Shown piece after piece: positions 15,187-26,600 of a stretch of 64,000 nt of DNA. Every line of letters starts with the position of its first letter. Within the stretch, counting starts at the first letter, position 1. The position numbers and the translations under genes are program-made. The stretch lies in the IMG/VR virus record IMGVR_UViG_3300020413_000006, positions 1 through 64,000 of that record; one strand, written 5' to 3'. The notes beneath the pieces were generated by a model. That model ran no database searches, was not told where the DNA came from, and worked only from the letters and a program-made list of their open reading frames with translations. This DNA comes from a virus.

Positions 15187-16565
15187 TACTGATACCTCAA
15201 TCCTGTTACTGCAAATGCTCCAGTGAAACATGCACCAGAGGATTGTCCCTGATGACCTTTAGGTTCTGCTTTAAATCCTAAAACAACGTCTCCATCTGTA
15301 GCGTGGAATCTCTTCCAAGTTCTATTGTTCTGATAACCTCCACCACCTCCTGCGTAGTTACCCATACAGTAACCCCAGTCTTGACCCATACACATATTTT
15401 CTTCACCAGAAGATATATCTACTTGGTTGAATGCACTACCTATTGATGAAGTTGTGACATCGTTAAATTTGAGCCATGGTAGTGTAACATTATTACCGTT
15501 ACCATGATAGCAGAAACCCCACTTGGTTGACAAGTCTTTCTTCCAACCATCTCCACCCCATCCAGATAAACTGTAGGATGAAACAGACTCATTACTAAAC
15601 TGTACATATCTTGCGTTACCAGTATCACCAAATAGATGACATCTAGTTTCACCTTCTGATCCAGTAGCACCACCATTACCAAAACCGTTACCTAGTCTTG
15701 TAGACATTTCAGTAACAAAGTTTAGTCTCTGGATAGAACCAGGACCTCCACCAGCAGTGTAACCTCTTTGTGTTTGTTGACCTGAGGCACAGCCAGGATC
15801 GTCTGTACTGTCCCAACTGTCTATTGATGCACCAATACTGTCTGGAGTAGAGTTATATGCATCGCCATGTCCGTATGTTCCATTAGGACCAAAAGATCTA
15901 TTAGTTCCAGTGTGTAGGTTAATACTACTTACCGCTTGTCCAGAACCACCGTATGAGTTCTGTGTACCGTAAACATATCCGTTAAAGTCACCGAAGTTTC
16001 CATCAACATATGATGCTGCTCTGTCTAACTGGTCACCACGACAAATAGTTACGTCTGTTGCTTGATATATCTGATTAACTGTTCTCCATGGATTTGATCC
16101 TCTATAACCACCAACCAAATATCCATGTGTGAAAATACTTCTGTATAAGAATGAAGAACCAACTGTGATATTATATGTGCTTCCAGTATATGTGTACCAT
16201 TGTCCTTCTCCACTATAAGGATTATAGTTTCCAGAACTTACAGATGGGTTCTGTGCGTTAGCAGATCCAGTATCTGTGTTGTAAGGACCGAAGTTATTAG
16301 TACCATAACTTCCTTGAAATGCTGCTTGACTAGATTCTGATGCTGCTGCTGTTCCCCAGAAAGCATTTTTACCATCAGACATTAAAATACCACCCGCAGT
16401 CTTAGGACTTTGAGATGGTAGTGTTTCAAATAAAACACCGTTCTGTAATAAATCACCAGTAAAATTTATGTTACCAGTAACATCAATGTTCTTTGGTATA
16501 GCAACTGTACTACCACTAGAGGTAACAGTATTTACTTGTGTAGTAGCAGCATTTAACTGTGACAT
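15186..16565 (-). CDS. 459-aa tail-tip/adhesin-like protein with Kelch-like beta-propeller repeats
   Basis: Short fibre-type N-terminus (NIDVTGNINFTGDLLQNG, LPSQ...GGILMSDGKNAFW) then ~6 spaced blades: GYLVGG, GYVYG, GYTAGG, CHLFG, CYHGNG, GYCMGN. Confidence 0.65.
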   Translation of the reverse strand: MSQLNAATTQVNTVTSSGSTVAIPKNIDVTGNINFTGDLLQNGVLFETLPSQSPKTAGGILMSDGKNAFWGTAAASESSQAAFQGSYGTNNFGPYNTDTGSANAQNPSVSSGNYNPYSGEGQWYTYTGSTYNITVGSSFLYRSIFTHGYLVGGYRGSNPWRTVNQIYQATDVTICRGDQLDRAASYVDGNFGDFNGYVYGTQNSYGGSGQAVSSINLHTGTNRSFGPNGTYGHGDAYNSTPDSIGASIDSWDSTDDPGCASGQQTQRGYTAGGGPGSIQRLNFVTEMSTRLGNGFGNGGATGSEGETRCHLFGDTGNARYVQFSNESVSSYSLSGWGGDGWKKDLSTKWGFCYHGNGNNVTLPWLKFNDVTTSSIGSAFNQVDISSGEENMCMGQDWGYCMGNYAGGGGGYQNNRTWKRFHATDGDVVLGFKAEPKGHQGQSSGACFTGAFAVTGLRYQ

Positions 16566-16568
16566 AAT

Positions 16569-16919
16569 TTACTCGGTATATTTCTCTTTAATTGCCTTAA
16601 TTGTTTTATACCAATTACCATCTTTACCAGGCATTAGTCCTGCATCCATATCTTTCCACAACAAATTTAATTGTTGTTCTACACTCAGTTCTTCATAGTC
16701 TAATCTTCTTAGAAAATGGTGATCTGGTTCTGAATATATTTTTGGAATTACACTCCCGTTTGATGGTTCATAGGTAAAATCAGGAGGTTGCATTCCCTCA
16801 ATAGTTTCATCAGGAATATCTTTCCAGAAGTAATCTTCGTGTGTTTCAAAACACTCGTCTTCAGTCATAACAAACTGACAAACGTTATTATTGCTTTTGT
16901 TAATTAATGCGAAACTCAT
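16569..16919 (-). CDS. Putative tail-fibre assembly/chaperone protein (116 aa)
   Basis: C-terminal RRLDY...VEQQLNLLWKDMDAG...WYKTIKAIKEKY resembles the R..YPSI.DQLD.L.HD...W...I.AVK.KYP pattern of marine phage fibre-associated proteins. Confidence 0.7.
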   Translation of the reverse strand: MSFALINKSNNNVCQFVMTEDECFETHEDYFWKDIPDETIEGMQPPDFTYEPSNGSVIPKIYSEPDHHFLRRLDYEELSVEQQLNLLWKDMDAGLMPGKDGNWYKTIKAIKEKYTE

Positions 16920-16924
16920 AATCT

Positions 16925-17680
16925 TTATGTGTAATTGAATACGATAACGCAGCCTGCACCACCGTTTGAGTTATTGTATGCGAAACTGTTTTGTGAGTAG
17001 TAACCATAACCTCCACCAGATCCCCACTGACCATGAGTAATCTCTTCTTGGTCGTTTTGATAATGGTGTGAAGATCCTGCTTTATGCCAGAATGATGATC
17101 CACCGCCACCTTCTCGGTTAGTACCGTGACACATTTCACCACCACCGCCAGGTAAGTTGATATCACCACCAGAGGCATTTCCACCAGGTCCTCCCTGATA
17201 TGGGTTATCGGTTTGTCCACCCTGACCGCCAGTAGCAGTTATATAAGAACCAAAGGATGAAGTTCCTCCAGTTGATCCTCTACCACCGTTACGAGCATAT
17301 GCTCCTCCACCACCATAGGTGTAGTTTACAGTACTGACATTAGATACATCAATGTATCTGATAGCAGTGGCACCACCACCGCCTCCAGCACCACGATAAG
17401 CGTTGTCGTTAATTCTTGCTCCACCGCCACCACCAGTTGCATATACTAGAACGTGAGTACAACCAGATGGTTTACTCCACACTCCAGATCCACCAGAAGT
17501 TGACTTAGAGTTCCAAGTACCATTCTGTGAGGTGTATGTATTAATGCTAAGTAAAGCACCACTTACAGTGAATGCTTCGTATGAATTACCATCCCAAATT
17601 TTAAAAGTTCCTGAGGAAACGTCGATAACGTTTGATCCTGCAGTACTCTGTATTTGGTCTACTCTTAAAATTCCTGCCAT
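16925..17680 (-). CDS. Glycine-rich adhesin / receptor-binding protein (251 aa)
   Basis: MAGILRVDQI N-terminal docking motif, WSKPSGCTHVLVYATGGGGG, and many Gly-rich (polyglycine-II-type) segments ending GGAGCVIVFNY. Confidence 0.75.
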   Translation of the reverse strand: MAGILRVDQIQSTAGSNVIDVSSGTFKIWDGNSYEAFTVSGALLSINTYTSQNGTWNSKSTSGGSGVWSKPSGCTHVLVYATGGGGGARINDNAYRGAGGGGGATAIRYIDVSNVSTVNYTYGGGGAYARNGGRGSTGGTSSFGSYITATGGQGGQTDNPYQGGPGGNASGGDINLPGGGGEMCHGTNREGGGGSSFWHKAGSSHHYQNDQEEITHGQWGSGGGYGYYSQNSFAYNNSNGGAGCVIVFNYT

Positions 17681-17687
17681 GATTAGT

Positions 17688-20600
17688 TTAAACTATGCTC
17701 CAGTATCCACCACTGTTTATGGTAACAGTTACACCGCTATTTATAGTAATAGGACCTGAACTTAAACAGTTGTCTCCACTATTAACAGATGTGCTCTCTC
17801 CAATAGAGTTTCTATTACGCTTCATTACACCATATCTATCTATCCATTGCTTGTCTCCATCAGCACGAAGAACAACGGATCTTTGTCCGCTAGATAGACC
17901 CACAGATGATGTATTGATATTTAGACCGTTCGCTCCTCTAACTTCCATTCGGTAAGATGACTGTGTTTGGTCACCACCACCATAGATTGTCCAGTAACCA
18001 CCGTCACCATCAATAGAACCCATTCCAGTATTGTTATTAGATCTGAAGTAGAAGTTATCTCCAGTTCTAAGATATGTGTGTGAGTTGTTAGCAAAGTAGA
18101 ATCTTTCTTGTCCACCATCATCATTCAACCATGTGTTAACACTAGCACCTAAGTATGGAAGTGCTAATGCAGTATAACCATCAAGTAAGTCTGCGTTAAG
18201 ATTAGGACATACAGTTGTAGAACTAACAGAGATCGGTGCACTACCTTGTGCGACTGTAGATCTTATAGTATTTGTTGAACGAATGTCGCCCTTAACATCA
18301 AGTTTGTAAGATGGTGTACCACTACCAAAGTTACCCACACCTACATTACCACTTCTTGAGATTCTCATAGACTCGAAGAAGTCGCCAGAACCATCAGTTC
18401 CTTGTGTATAGAACGATAGACCTAGGTAATCACTATCTGTGTTTTCACAAACACCAGTAATCATTGCACGTCTACGACTTCCAGTTCTCCATACAAGAGA
18501 ACCTAAAGTATGACCCACAGTAAATGCTGTGTCAACTTGAATCAACATTGATTCTCCACCAGTTGCAGTCATAGATGCTGATCCATCACCGTCACCAGTG
18601 TTACCACCTTCGTCTACGTGGATACGTGCTGCAGGATTGGTTTCCCCAATACCTAAGCGACCACCACGGAAAGTGATATTGTTGTATGATAAGTAGGTTC
18701 CATTCCAACCAAAGTCATTACTATCATTACCAAATCTTATTGAACCTACGTTAGAGTTTCCTCTACCACTAATCTTAAGAACGTTTGTTGCTGCCTTACC
18801 AATATTAACACCATTAGATCCAGCAAGTTGTAATGAAGAAGCACCAGTATTATTGAAAGTACCTTGGTCAGCAGTTAAGTCATTAACTGTTAAGTGTCCA
18901 GAAGCATCTCTACGTGCAAGAGTATTTGCTGTTGCAGATGTTGACTGAGTATAACCATCAACATAGTGAGCGTCTAACTGTGATGATGCTCCATCGTTTC
19001 CTGCGTGCCACATGGTGTTACCATTGACAGTTAGGTCGTTTGCGTTAAATCTTAATGCACCATTACCATCACTTCCATTACCACCAGAGACGATCATTTG
19101 AACGTCATAGTTTGGTGCTTGACCTGATGATCTAAAGTCTATTGTTGGTGTAGTAGATACCGCTGCTTTACCAATCTGTAACTTAGCACCGTTTGCATTA
19201 TCACGTAATCCAATAATTGTGCTAGATCCACTAGAAATTTTATTAGATGATGATACAGTCCATTTTGTGCCAGGATTAGGTCCGAAGACATATATGTTTG
19301 GATTATTATTAGAACCAACAAATGCTATCGTTCCAGTTACAAGAGAGTATATTTCACCAGTTGTGTGTGTAAGTTCTTGAACACCGCCAGAACTATCAAC
19401 TACGATAGAACCAATGTTGTTTGTTGCCCCTATATCAGAGTAGATAGTATATGTTCCACCATTGTTGATGTTACCACCAACACCACTATTACAATGGAAA
19501 TTTGGAATGTATAGAGTATATTTTAGTCCTGTGTCATTAACATAGAAGTTCTCAAAGACCATCTTGTCTTGACCAAGAACCTCTGGTAAGAACATATCAC
19601 CAATAGGTGATGTAACTCCACCACGTGTGTCACCTATGTTATAACCTGTCTGATACCAAAGTCCTTGTGATCCATCTAATTTGTCAGCATCTAGACCTGT
19701 TCCAGCACCATCGTTACCAGATGACCATATCTTCTCCCAGTTAGAGTAGACTGCATTTATTCCACCATTACCTCTGATGTATAGATTGTTATTATCTGTG
19801 AATCCTAATTGAGTTGATGCAGTTCCAGTAGACTGTCTTCTGTAAGTTACAATACCGTGTGTAGTACCACCATCATTTAATGCTGTAGCAGAGTTGTTTC
19901 TTAATGCTGCAGCAACACCATTTGCTGCCTGAGCAGGAGATGGGTTTGATGTGAGTGATGCAGTCTCGTTAAATATTCTGTTTGCAGTATCAGCAGTACC
20001 AGATATAGAGATGTTGTATGTTACGTTTGCAAGTCTTGCAGGATCTAACGTACCAAAGATAATGTTGTTTGCAGTCTGATAGTAGATACCTTGGTTACCA
20101 TCTAGTCTGTCAGCGTTAAGTTCTGAACCAGGTCCTTGGTCAATTGAAACTTGACCATTATCATCAATAACAAATCCACCTTGATCTTGGTTAGCAACTG
20201 CTTGGTTAGCAACGTCCTTTCTAAATCTGAATACACCGTAGTTACCATATACACTAGCACTTGCAGTTAGTGCATTACCCTTTCTAATATCAATTTCAAT
20301 GTTACCAAAGGCACGATTGATTGATCCTTTAACAGCACTCAATACTGCAGAACTACCAGAACCAAGTTCACTTGGTATAGTTACAGAGAATGTTCCAGTA
20401 TAACCAGTACCAGAGTCAGTAACCTGTGCGGATGTAATTGCACCACCTGATACAACATATGTTGCACGAGCAACGTCTTGACTGGTAACAGAAACGTTAC
20501 CACCTTCCATTGGTAAGTTCTGATAAGTTCCATCTGTATATCCAGTACCAGCGTTAGTAATAGTAATACTGTCAATGTATGAACTATCTGTTACTGATCC

Positions 20601-23600
20601 ACCAATTAATATCGCATCAGCAGTTGTAGGTCTAATTGATTGTAATGCATACTCCCATGATGAATCACCACGTAAGAATGTGAATGAGTTTGCAGTACCC
20701 TTTCCTGCCATTCTTTCTGGGTCAATTGTACCAGCAACAATATTAGAAGCATCAATATTTGTTGATGTCAACTGTGTCCAGTTACCAGCATTTTGTGCTG
20801 ATGTATTAACTACTCTTGAAAGGTCAACTATTCTCTTTCTAGCATAGTTACCAGATGTGGTTGCACTGTTAGGAGATGTAATAGAGAACTGACTAGAGTT
20901 CAATAATGTTATAGTGTAGAATCCATCAGGACCATCACCTGTAGTAAAGTCAAAGAATTGTAAAGCACCGTTAGCAAGACCGTGATTACTCTCAGTGAAT
21001 GTTATTGTTGTTGTACCACTTTGAGAATAAGTTCCAGTTGCTAAGTTTGCTAATGCTTGGTCTACAATAAAGTCACCAGCGTCAAACTTAATATTGTTTG
21101 CAATCGCAATCGCAACTCTACCTTCTATCTGAGCAGAAACAACTGCATTGTTAGCAACACCACTAGGTGATGTCAATACCTGTACTGTTGGTTGCGAGTA
21201 GTAACCTTTACCAAGGTTTGTGATAGTAACACTAGTTACAACACCACTTGTTACATTACATGTTGCAGCAGCTTGAACTCCATTACTTGTGTCATCAGGT
21301 GCAGCGATTGTTAGGTTAAAGTTACCTGAGTATCCAGAACCACCGTTACTAATTACATAGTTAAATACAGCACCGTCATTGTATGATGAAACTGTACCAC
21401 GAGCAGTTGTAGAACTACCAGTAATAATGTCTCCAGAAGTAAACTGATAAGCACTGTTTGGTGTAAATGCTAGGAATTGACTTTCTAAGTCATTTTCTAA
21501 GATATAAGATATTGCTATACCAGCAGTTACAAATTGATGAGTACCAGAACCTTGATTAGTTAAAGTAATCTCAGAGTTTGCAGATGCATTAGATGAAGTC
21601 GCAGCAAGTTTGATTGTATTGTCATCAACTTTAATAACGTAGTAGACATTGTTTGTTGACAACCCACCAATTGCTGATGAACCTTCTGTATATGTTAACT
21701 GATCTCCAGTTGATGTACCGTGACCTGTGATTGTAATAGTATCAGCACCTGTATTAACAGAAGATGATGCAACGTTGAATGTAGTTGCTGTTGTTTGTAT
21801 CGCAATGTCACCAGCGTTTGCGTCTTCAATAGCAAGTCTTTCTGCTTGTGATGCAACAGATGTAATATTGAATGGACGTAATGCAGGGATTTGGTCAAGG
21901 TTAATCTTACCATTTGAAGTTAACTGAACTAGAGCAGATGGAACTGCGTTTGTTGAGAACGGTTGGTTTAGATATGGTCCTAAATTATTTGAAATATAAT
22001 CTTTAACAGATGCCTGTGTAGGTAGTAAGGAGTCAGATGCGAATGTTCCACCTAAGTTATCATCTTGTGAGAATCCTGTAATTGTGATGTCACCACCAAC
22101 AATCTTAATAGATGTAAGTTCTGAGATTGCAACAGTACCAACAAAACTAATAGCACCAGTTCTGTTGAAGATCGTAACAAAGTTACCAACTTTAAAGTCA
22201 CCAAATTCGTTGGTTCCTGATGTATAAACCTGACCGAATAATTCTTCTGCTGCTTCGTATGCACTTCCTAATCCAACACCACCGTTTTGTGGTAAAGCAG
22301 CGTAGGTGTTACCTGATCCAGAGTATTCCCAAGTGTGTGATGATGAGTTACATACAGATGGTCTGTGGAATTTAATTGCTAAACCTACAAGGGTAGTTAA
22401 TGGTTGAGAACCAGCTACAAAACCAGCATCGTTAGAAGACTGATATCTAACATTAGTGCTAGTATTCTTATAGTCCATAGACCTGTTGGTCTTGATCTTA
22501 GCAACAATCTGTGTACCAGCAGAACCAGAAATAAGTTCTGTCTCTAGAATAATGTGCTCTACAGCAGGATCAGTTGGAGTATGTCCATCAATCTTGATAA
22601 TATAATCTTCAATCGGAATGTTTGTTAGAGTTGTACCACTAACTTGGATTACCTGTCTACCAGTTGGTGTTCCATTTCCATCAGTGTCATCTACAATAGA
22701 ATCAATAACACCAATATCAAATGAATATGGTTCAGATCTAAATCCAGTAGCACGTAGAGAGTATGTACCAAAGTTAGACGCTGAGTTAGTAACAGATGCA
22801 TAACCACCAGACTGTACAAGAATACCATCTTGACAGAAGATAGCGAACACAGAAACTAACTGTGTATATCCATCATTACTAACGTTGTACGCAGTACCAC
22901 CAAAACAAATGATGGTGAATGCGTTAGCAACCATCGACTTACCTTGTGGATCAAACTGTGCAACGGTGTTACCCTGTGAATTCTGTTTTAAACCTGGTCT
23001 AGGAACGTTAGGTGTAGCAACCTTAGCACCATCAATTTCACAACCAGAACCACCAAGGAATGATATAAGTGAAGAGTTCTGAATATAAGGAGATGCTTCA
23101 ATAACTGGAAGATCTAAGAATACATTTCCAAGTGGGAAATTGTAACTATTATTTGATTGTTCTTGAAGTAAAGGATCAGGGGTTGTTACTGTTCCACTGT
23201 ATGCTGTAGCACTTGATAATACGTTATCAAGAATACCCCAGTTTGTAGTCAATGCAGATACAACGTTTGCACATTCTGGTTTACTACTATCTACAGTAAT
23301 AGAACCATTTGATACAGGAACAATCTGTGAGAATTGACCAGCTTCTAAATTATTTCTTATTGCGTCTATTGATAATTCTTTTGCTGCAGCAAACATTGCA
23401 CGACTGTACTGAACTTCATTGTTCAAGAATGCAATTGCACTACCACTAATGTATAGATTTGATGCTTCTACAATAGCAGAGTTACCACCATAACGTAAGT
23501 CATACTGGAATGCTCTACATATTTTCATTACGTCATCAATACACTGTTGATCGCCAGGTGCAGATGTTCTTGTAACACTTGACACACTACCCGCAGTAGA

Positions 23601-26600
23601 ACCGCTTCCTAAGGCAGTTGTAACAGTATCAAAGAAGGTTGTAATAGAAGATATAACAGATGCACAAGAAGGAGCAGATGTAACAGTTCTAGTAGCGTGT
23701 GACATGTTATCGTTAGCGATAGCAGTATCAAGGATTGTGAAGAATCCTTCAACTAGATTTTGTTCAACACTAGTTCCTTTGAGACCAGCGTTAGTTACTT
23801 GAGTAAATCCGTGATTACCTTCAATAGTGATTGTTTCACTAGCAGCTGCCTGTTTAGCAAGTCCTTTTGCTAATTGGAATACAGCACGGGACTCTGTTTC
23901 TTCCCCGTCTAGGAAAGTAGAGTTTGTGTATAGTTGTGCGTGATCATAAACTTGCTCGTTACCACCATGGTTTAAGTTCCATACGACAGCACGTAAGAAA
24001 TCACTAACGTCATCAATACAGTTCTGGTTTCCACCAGGCACATTGTGTGAAGGATTGTCTACGTTATATTGTTGAACTGATTCAAATGCAATTAAATCTA
24101 AGTTAGCAAGTATTAGAGTTGCAGCATAACCAGATACAGATTGTGATGCAGTATCTAAAGTGAGAGTATGATAATATTGTAATTTTGTAGAATATGGATT
24201 TCTGTATAATGGTAAATTTCTAGCTGCTTTAATACAAGCATCTTTTGCATTGTTGAATACTTCTACGTAACGATCTCTAGTTAATGAGAAACCAGGATCA
24301 ATGTAGAATTTTGCTTGATCATATACTCTATCGTTACCACCCCACTTAAGGTTATGTGCTACACACTTTTGTATAAAGTCTCTGACATCATCATAACACG
24401 CTGTACTTCCTGTAGGAATACTGTAACCACTATTGTTAGCAAGCATTTTATTGACTGACCAATCGGCAATCATATCTGCATTACCAAATAATAACTCAGC
24501 AGCATCAGCATACTTATTATCTGTTGGTATACTATTTGGAGTTCTAAATGGTTTTTGTAAATCTGTAAATGTTCCTACTGTTCCAGACTGTCCGTTAGCA
24601 GTGTTGTTAGCAAGGTCTAAGATGAATTTTCTATCATCTACAATATCTTTAATACCATGGACACCATTGACTGTTGAGTTACCAGAACTCGCAATAGTTA
24701 CTGTTGTTAATGCTTTCTTAACTGAGTTAGTTCCAGCACTTACAAATGTGTGAGTTGTAGTGTTAGAAGATACACCAACGTTAACAGTAAATGTATTTGT
24801 ATCCTTTGCAGTTATCTTTAACCACTTATCAAATGCAGGATCTCCACCTCTAGGATATGGGTGATCAGATGCACCGCTATCTTCAGCACACTGGAATACA
24901 AATGCACCAGCATCAAACTTAACTAAGTCTCCAACACTAAATCCGTGGTTACTTACAGTTACTACAAACACACCTGTAGCTGGTGTGTACGCTGCAAGAG
25001 TAGGAGTGTGTTGACTAAAGTTAGGATATAAATTATGACCTCTCTGACATACAACTGTTAAATCATCTCCACTAACAGACCATGATGTAATACTTCTTGC
25101 TATTGTGTCTGCGGCTTGTTGGAAGTTTGTTCCACCAATAGTAAGTGCACTACTACGAGTAGCGGATGATTCATAATAATATTTGACATATCCAACTGCC
25201 TCCTGAGCAATAAATTCTTGGTTAATTTTAATTGCTTCAGCACCATCTTTAAAACGGTCACTTTGACTAATCTTGTTGAATCCATAAGGAGAGTTCCTTA
25301 AGGATGATAAGACATAGTTGCAAGATGATATAACTGTTTGGTCACCAGTTGGGTTAATAGAAGCACCTATCTGACTGATATTACCACGAACAACAAACTG
25401 TAGTGAGTAACCATCTGCCCTTTCTATACGGTGAGTAACATATTTTCTTCCGTTTAAATCTGTTAAGTTATCAAGGATACTAACGTTAGAACCTGATGCA
25501 GTTGTTACGTCACTTGCAGTATCAATATTTGCTTGTTTTAGAACAAAGGTGATTGTTAGGTTAGAACTATTATATCTCGCAATACCAATACCTAGGTCAG
25601 TATTACTTGCAAGAGTTGGAGTTCCAGATCCTGTACTAAAACCATCTATAGAATATGTCTTACTAAATCTTTCATAACCAGCAGGGAAGTTAAATGTAAT
25701 ACCAGCTTCTGTAAGAGTTGCCCAGTTGGAGAATAATGTAGATGTTTTTGTGTTGTCTACACTTGATACAGTAACTGTAATTAATCCACCACTGATTGTA
25801 AATGATGAGTTTGTACCAGTACCAAAATCTATAGCACTATTCTGGAAACCATATACTTGAATCTCTTGACCAACTTCATAATCATGGAAATCTGATGATG
25901 TACTAGAACTCTGCAGAGTGAATACAGGACCATTATATGTTGCTACAGTATTCAAAGATGTATCAATCGTAGTAATTGATAATACTTTTTCCTGTATGTC
26001 AAATCTTTGGAATCCGTTTCCTGGTGTTGTTAGTGTTACTGTTACTGGGTTGTCAGCTCCAGAAGCATCTTTCTGTGTAGCGTCAGCAGCAGATGCAGCA
26101 AGTCTTATATAATCATCATTTTCTTTATAAACAAAATATGCAGTACCATCAACAAGTCCACCAATACCGCCCATTTTACTAGCACGATATATTATACCAT
26201 CTCCAGTTATGAATTGATGTTTGTTAATATAGATGTTATTAACTTCTGGCATAACATTACCAGAGTCAAATGTATGGAATCTATCATCAGATGATACACC
26301 AGTAATATCTTTTCTACCCTGAGTTACAGATACATTAATAGCGTTGGCATAAGTGTCATATAATGCAACACTGTTAGCGTCAACACTTCTTATATAATAG
26401 ACTGTGCCATCAATTAAACCAGGTAATGCTGTAGCGTTTTCGTCTTTATGATATGCAACAGCTGCACCAGTTCTATATCTGTGAGCTGTTAGTGTAATTG
26501 TATCATTTGCTGTATCAATATAATTACTGCTACCACGGAAAGAAACAAATTCTCTTTCACTATCAATAGTGTGCTGATAAATTTGATTAGATATAACTTC

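Noticed and set aside
16900-17220. 106-aa minus-strand ORF inside the Gly-rich adhesin gene (and similar alternate-frame ORFs in the giant genes)
   Set aside because: Alternate-frame by-product of GGT-rich codons (Val/Leu/Met-rich); no independent evidence.
24027-24038. Idea that the window's methyltransferase methylates the PGGN Asn like CpcM
   Set aside because: Only one of six domains has PGGN, spacing to the Cys differs from phycocyanin, and the MTase shows no recognisable CpcM similarity; too speculative.
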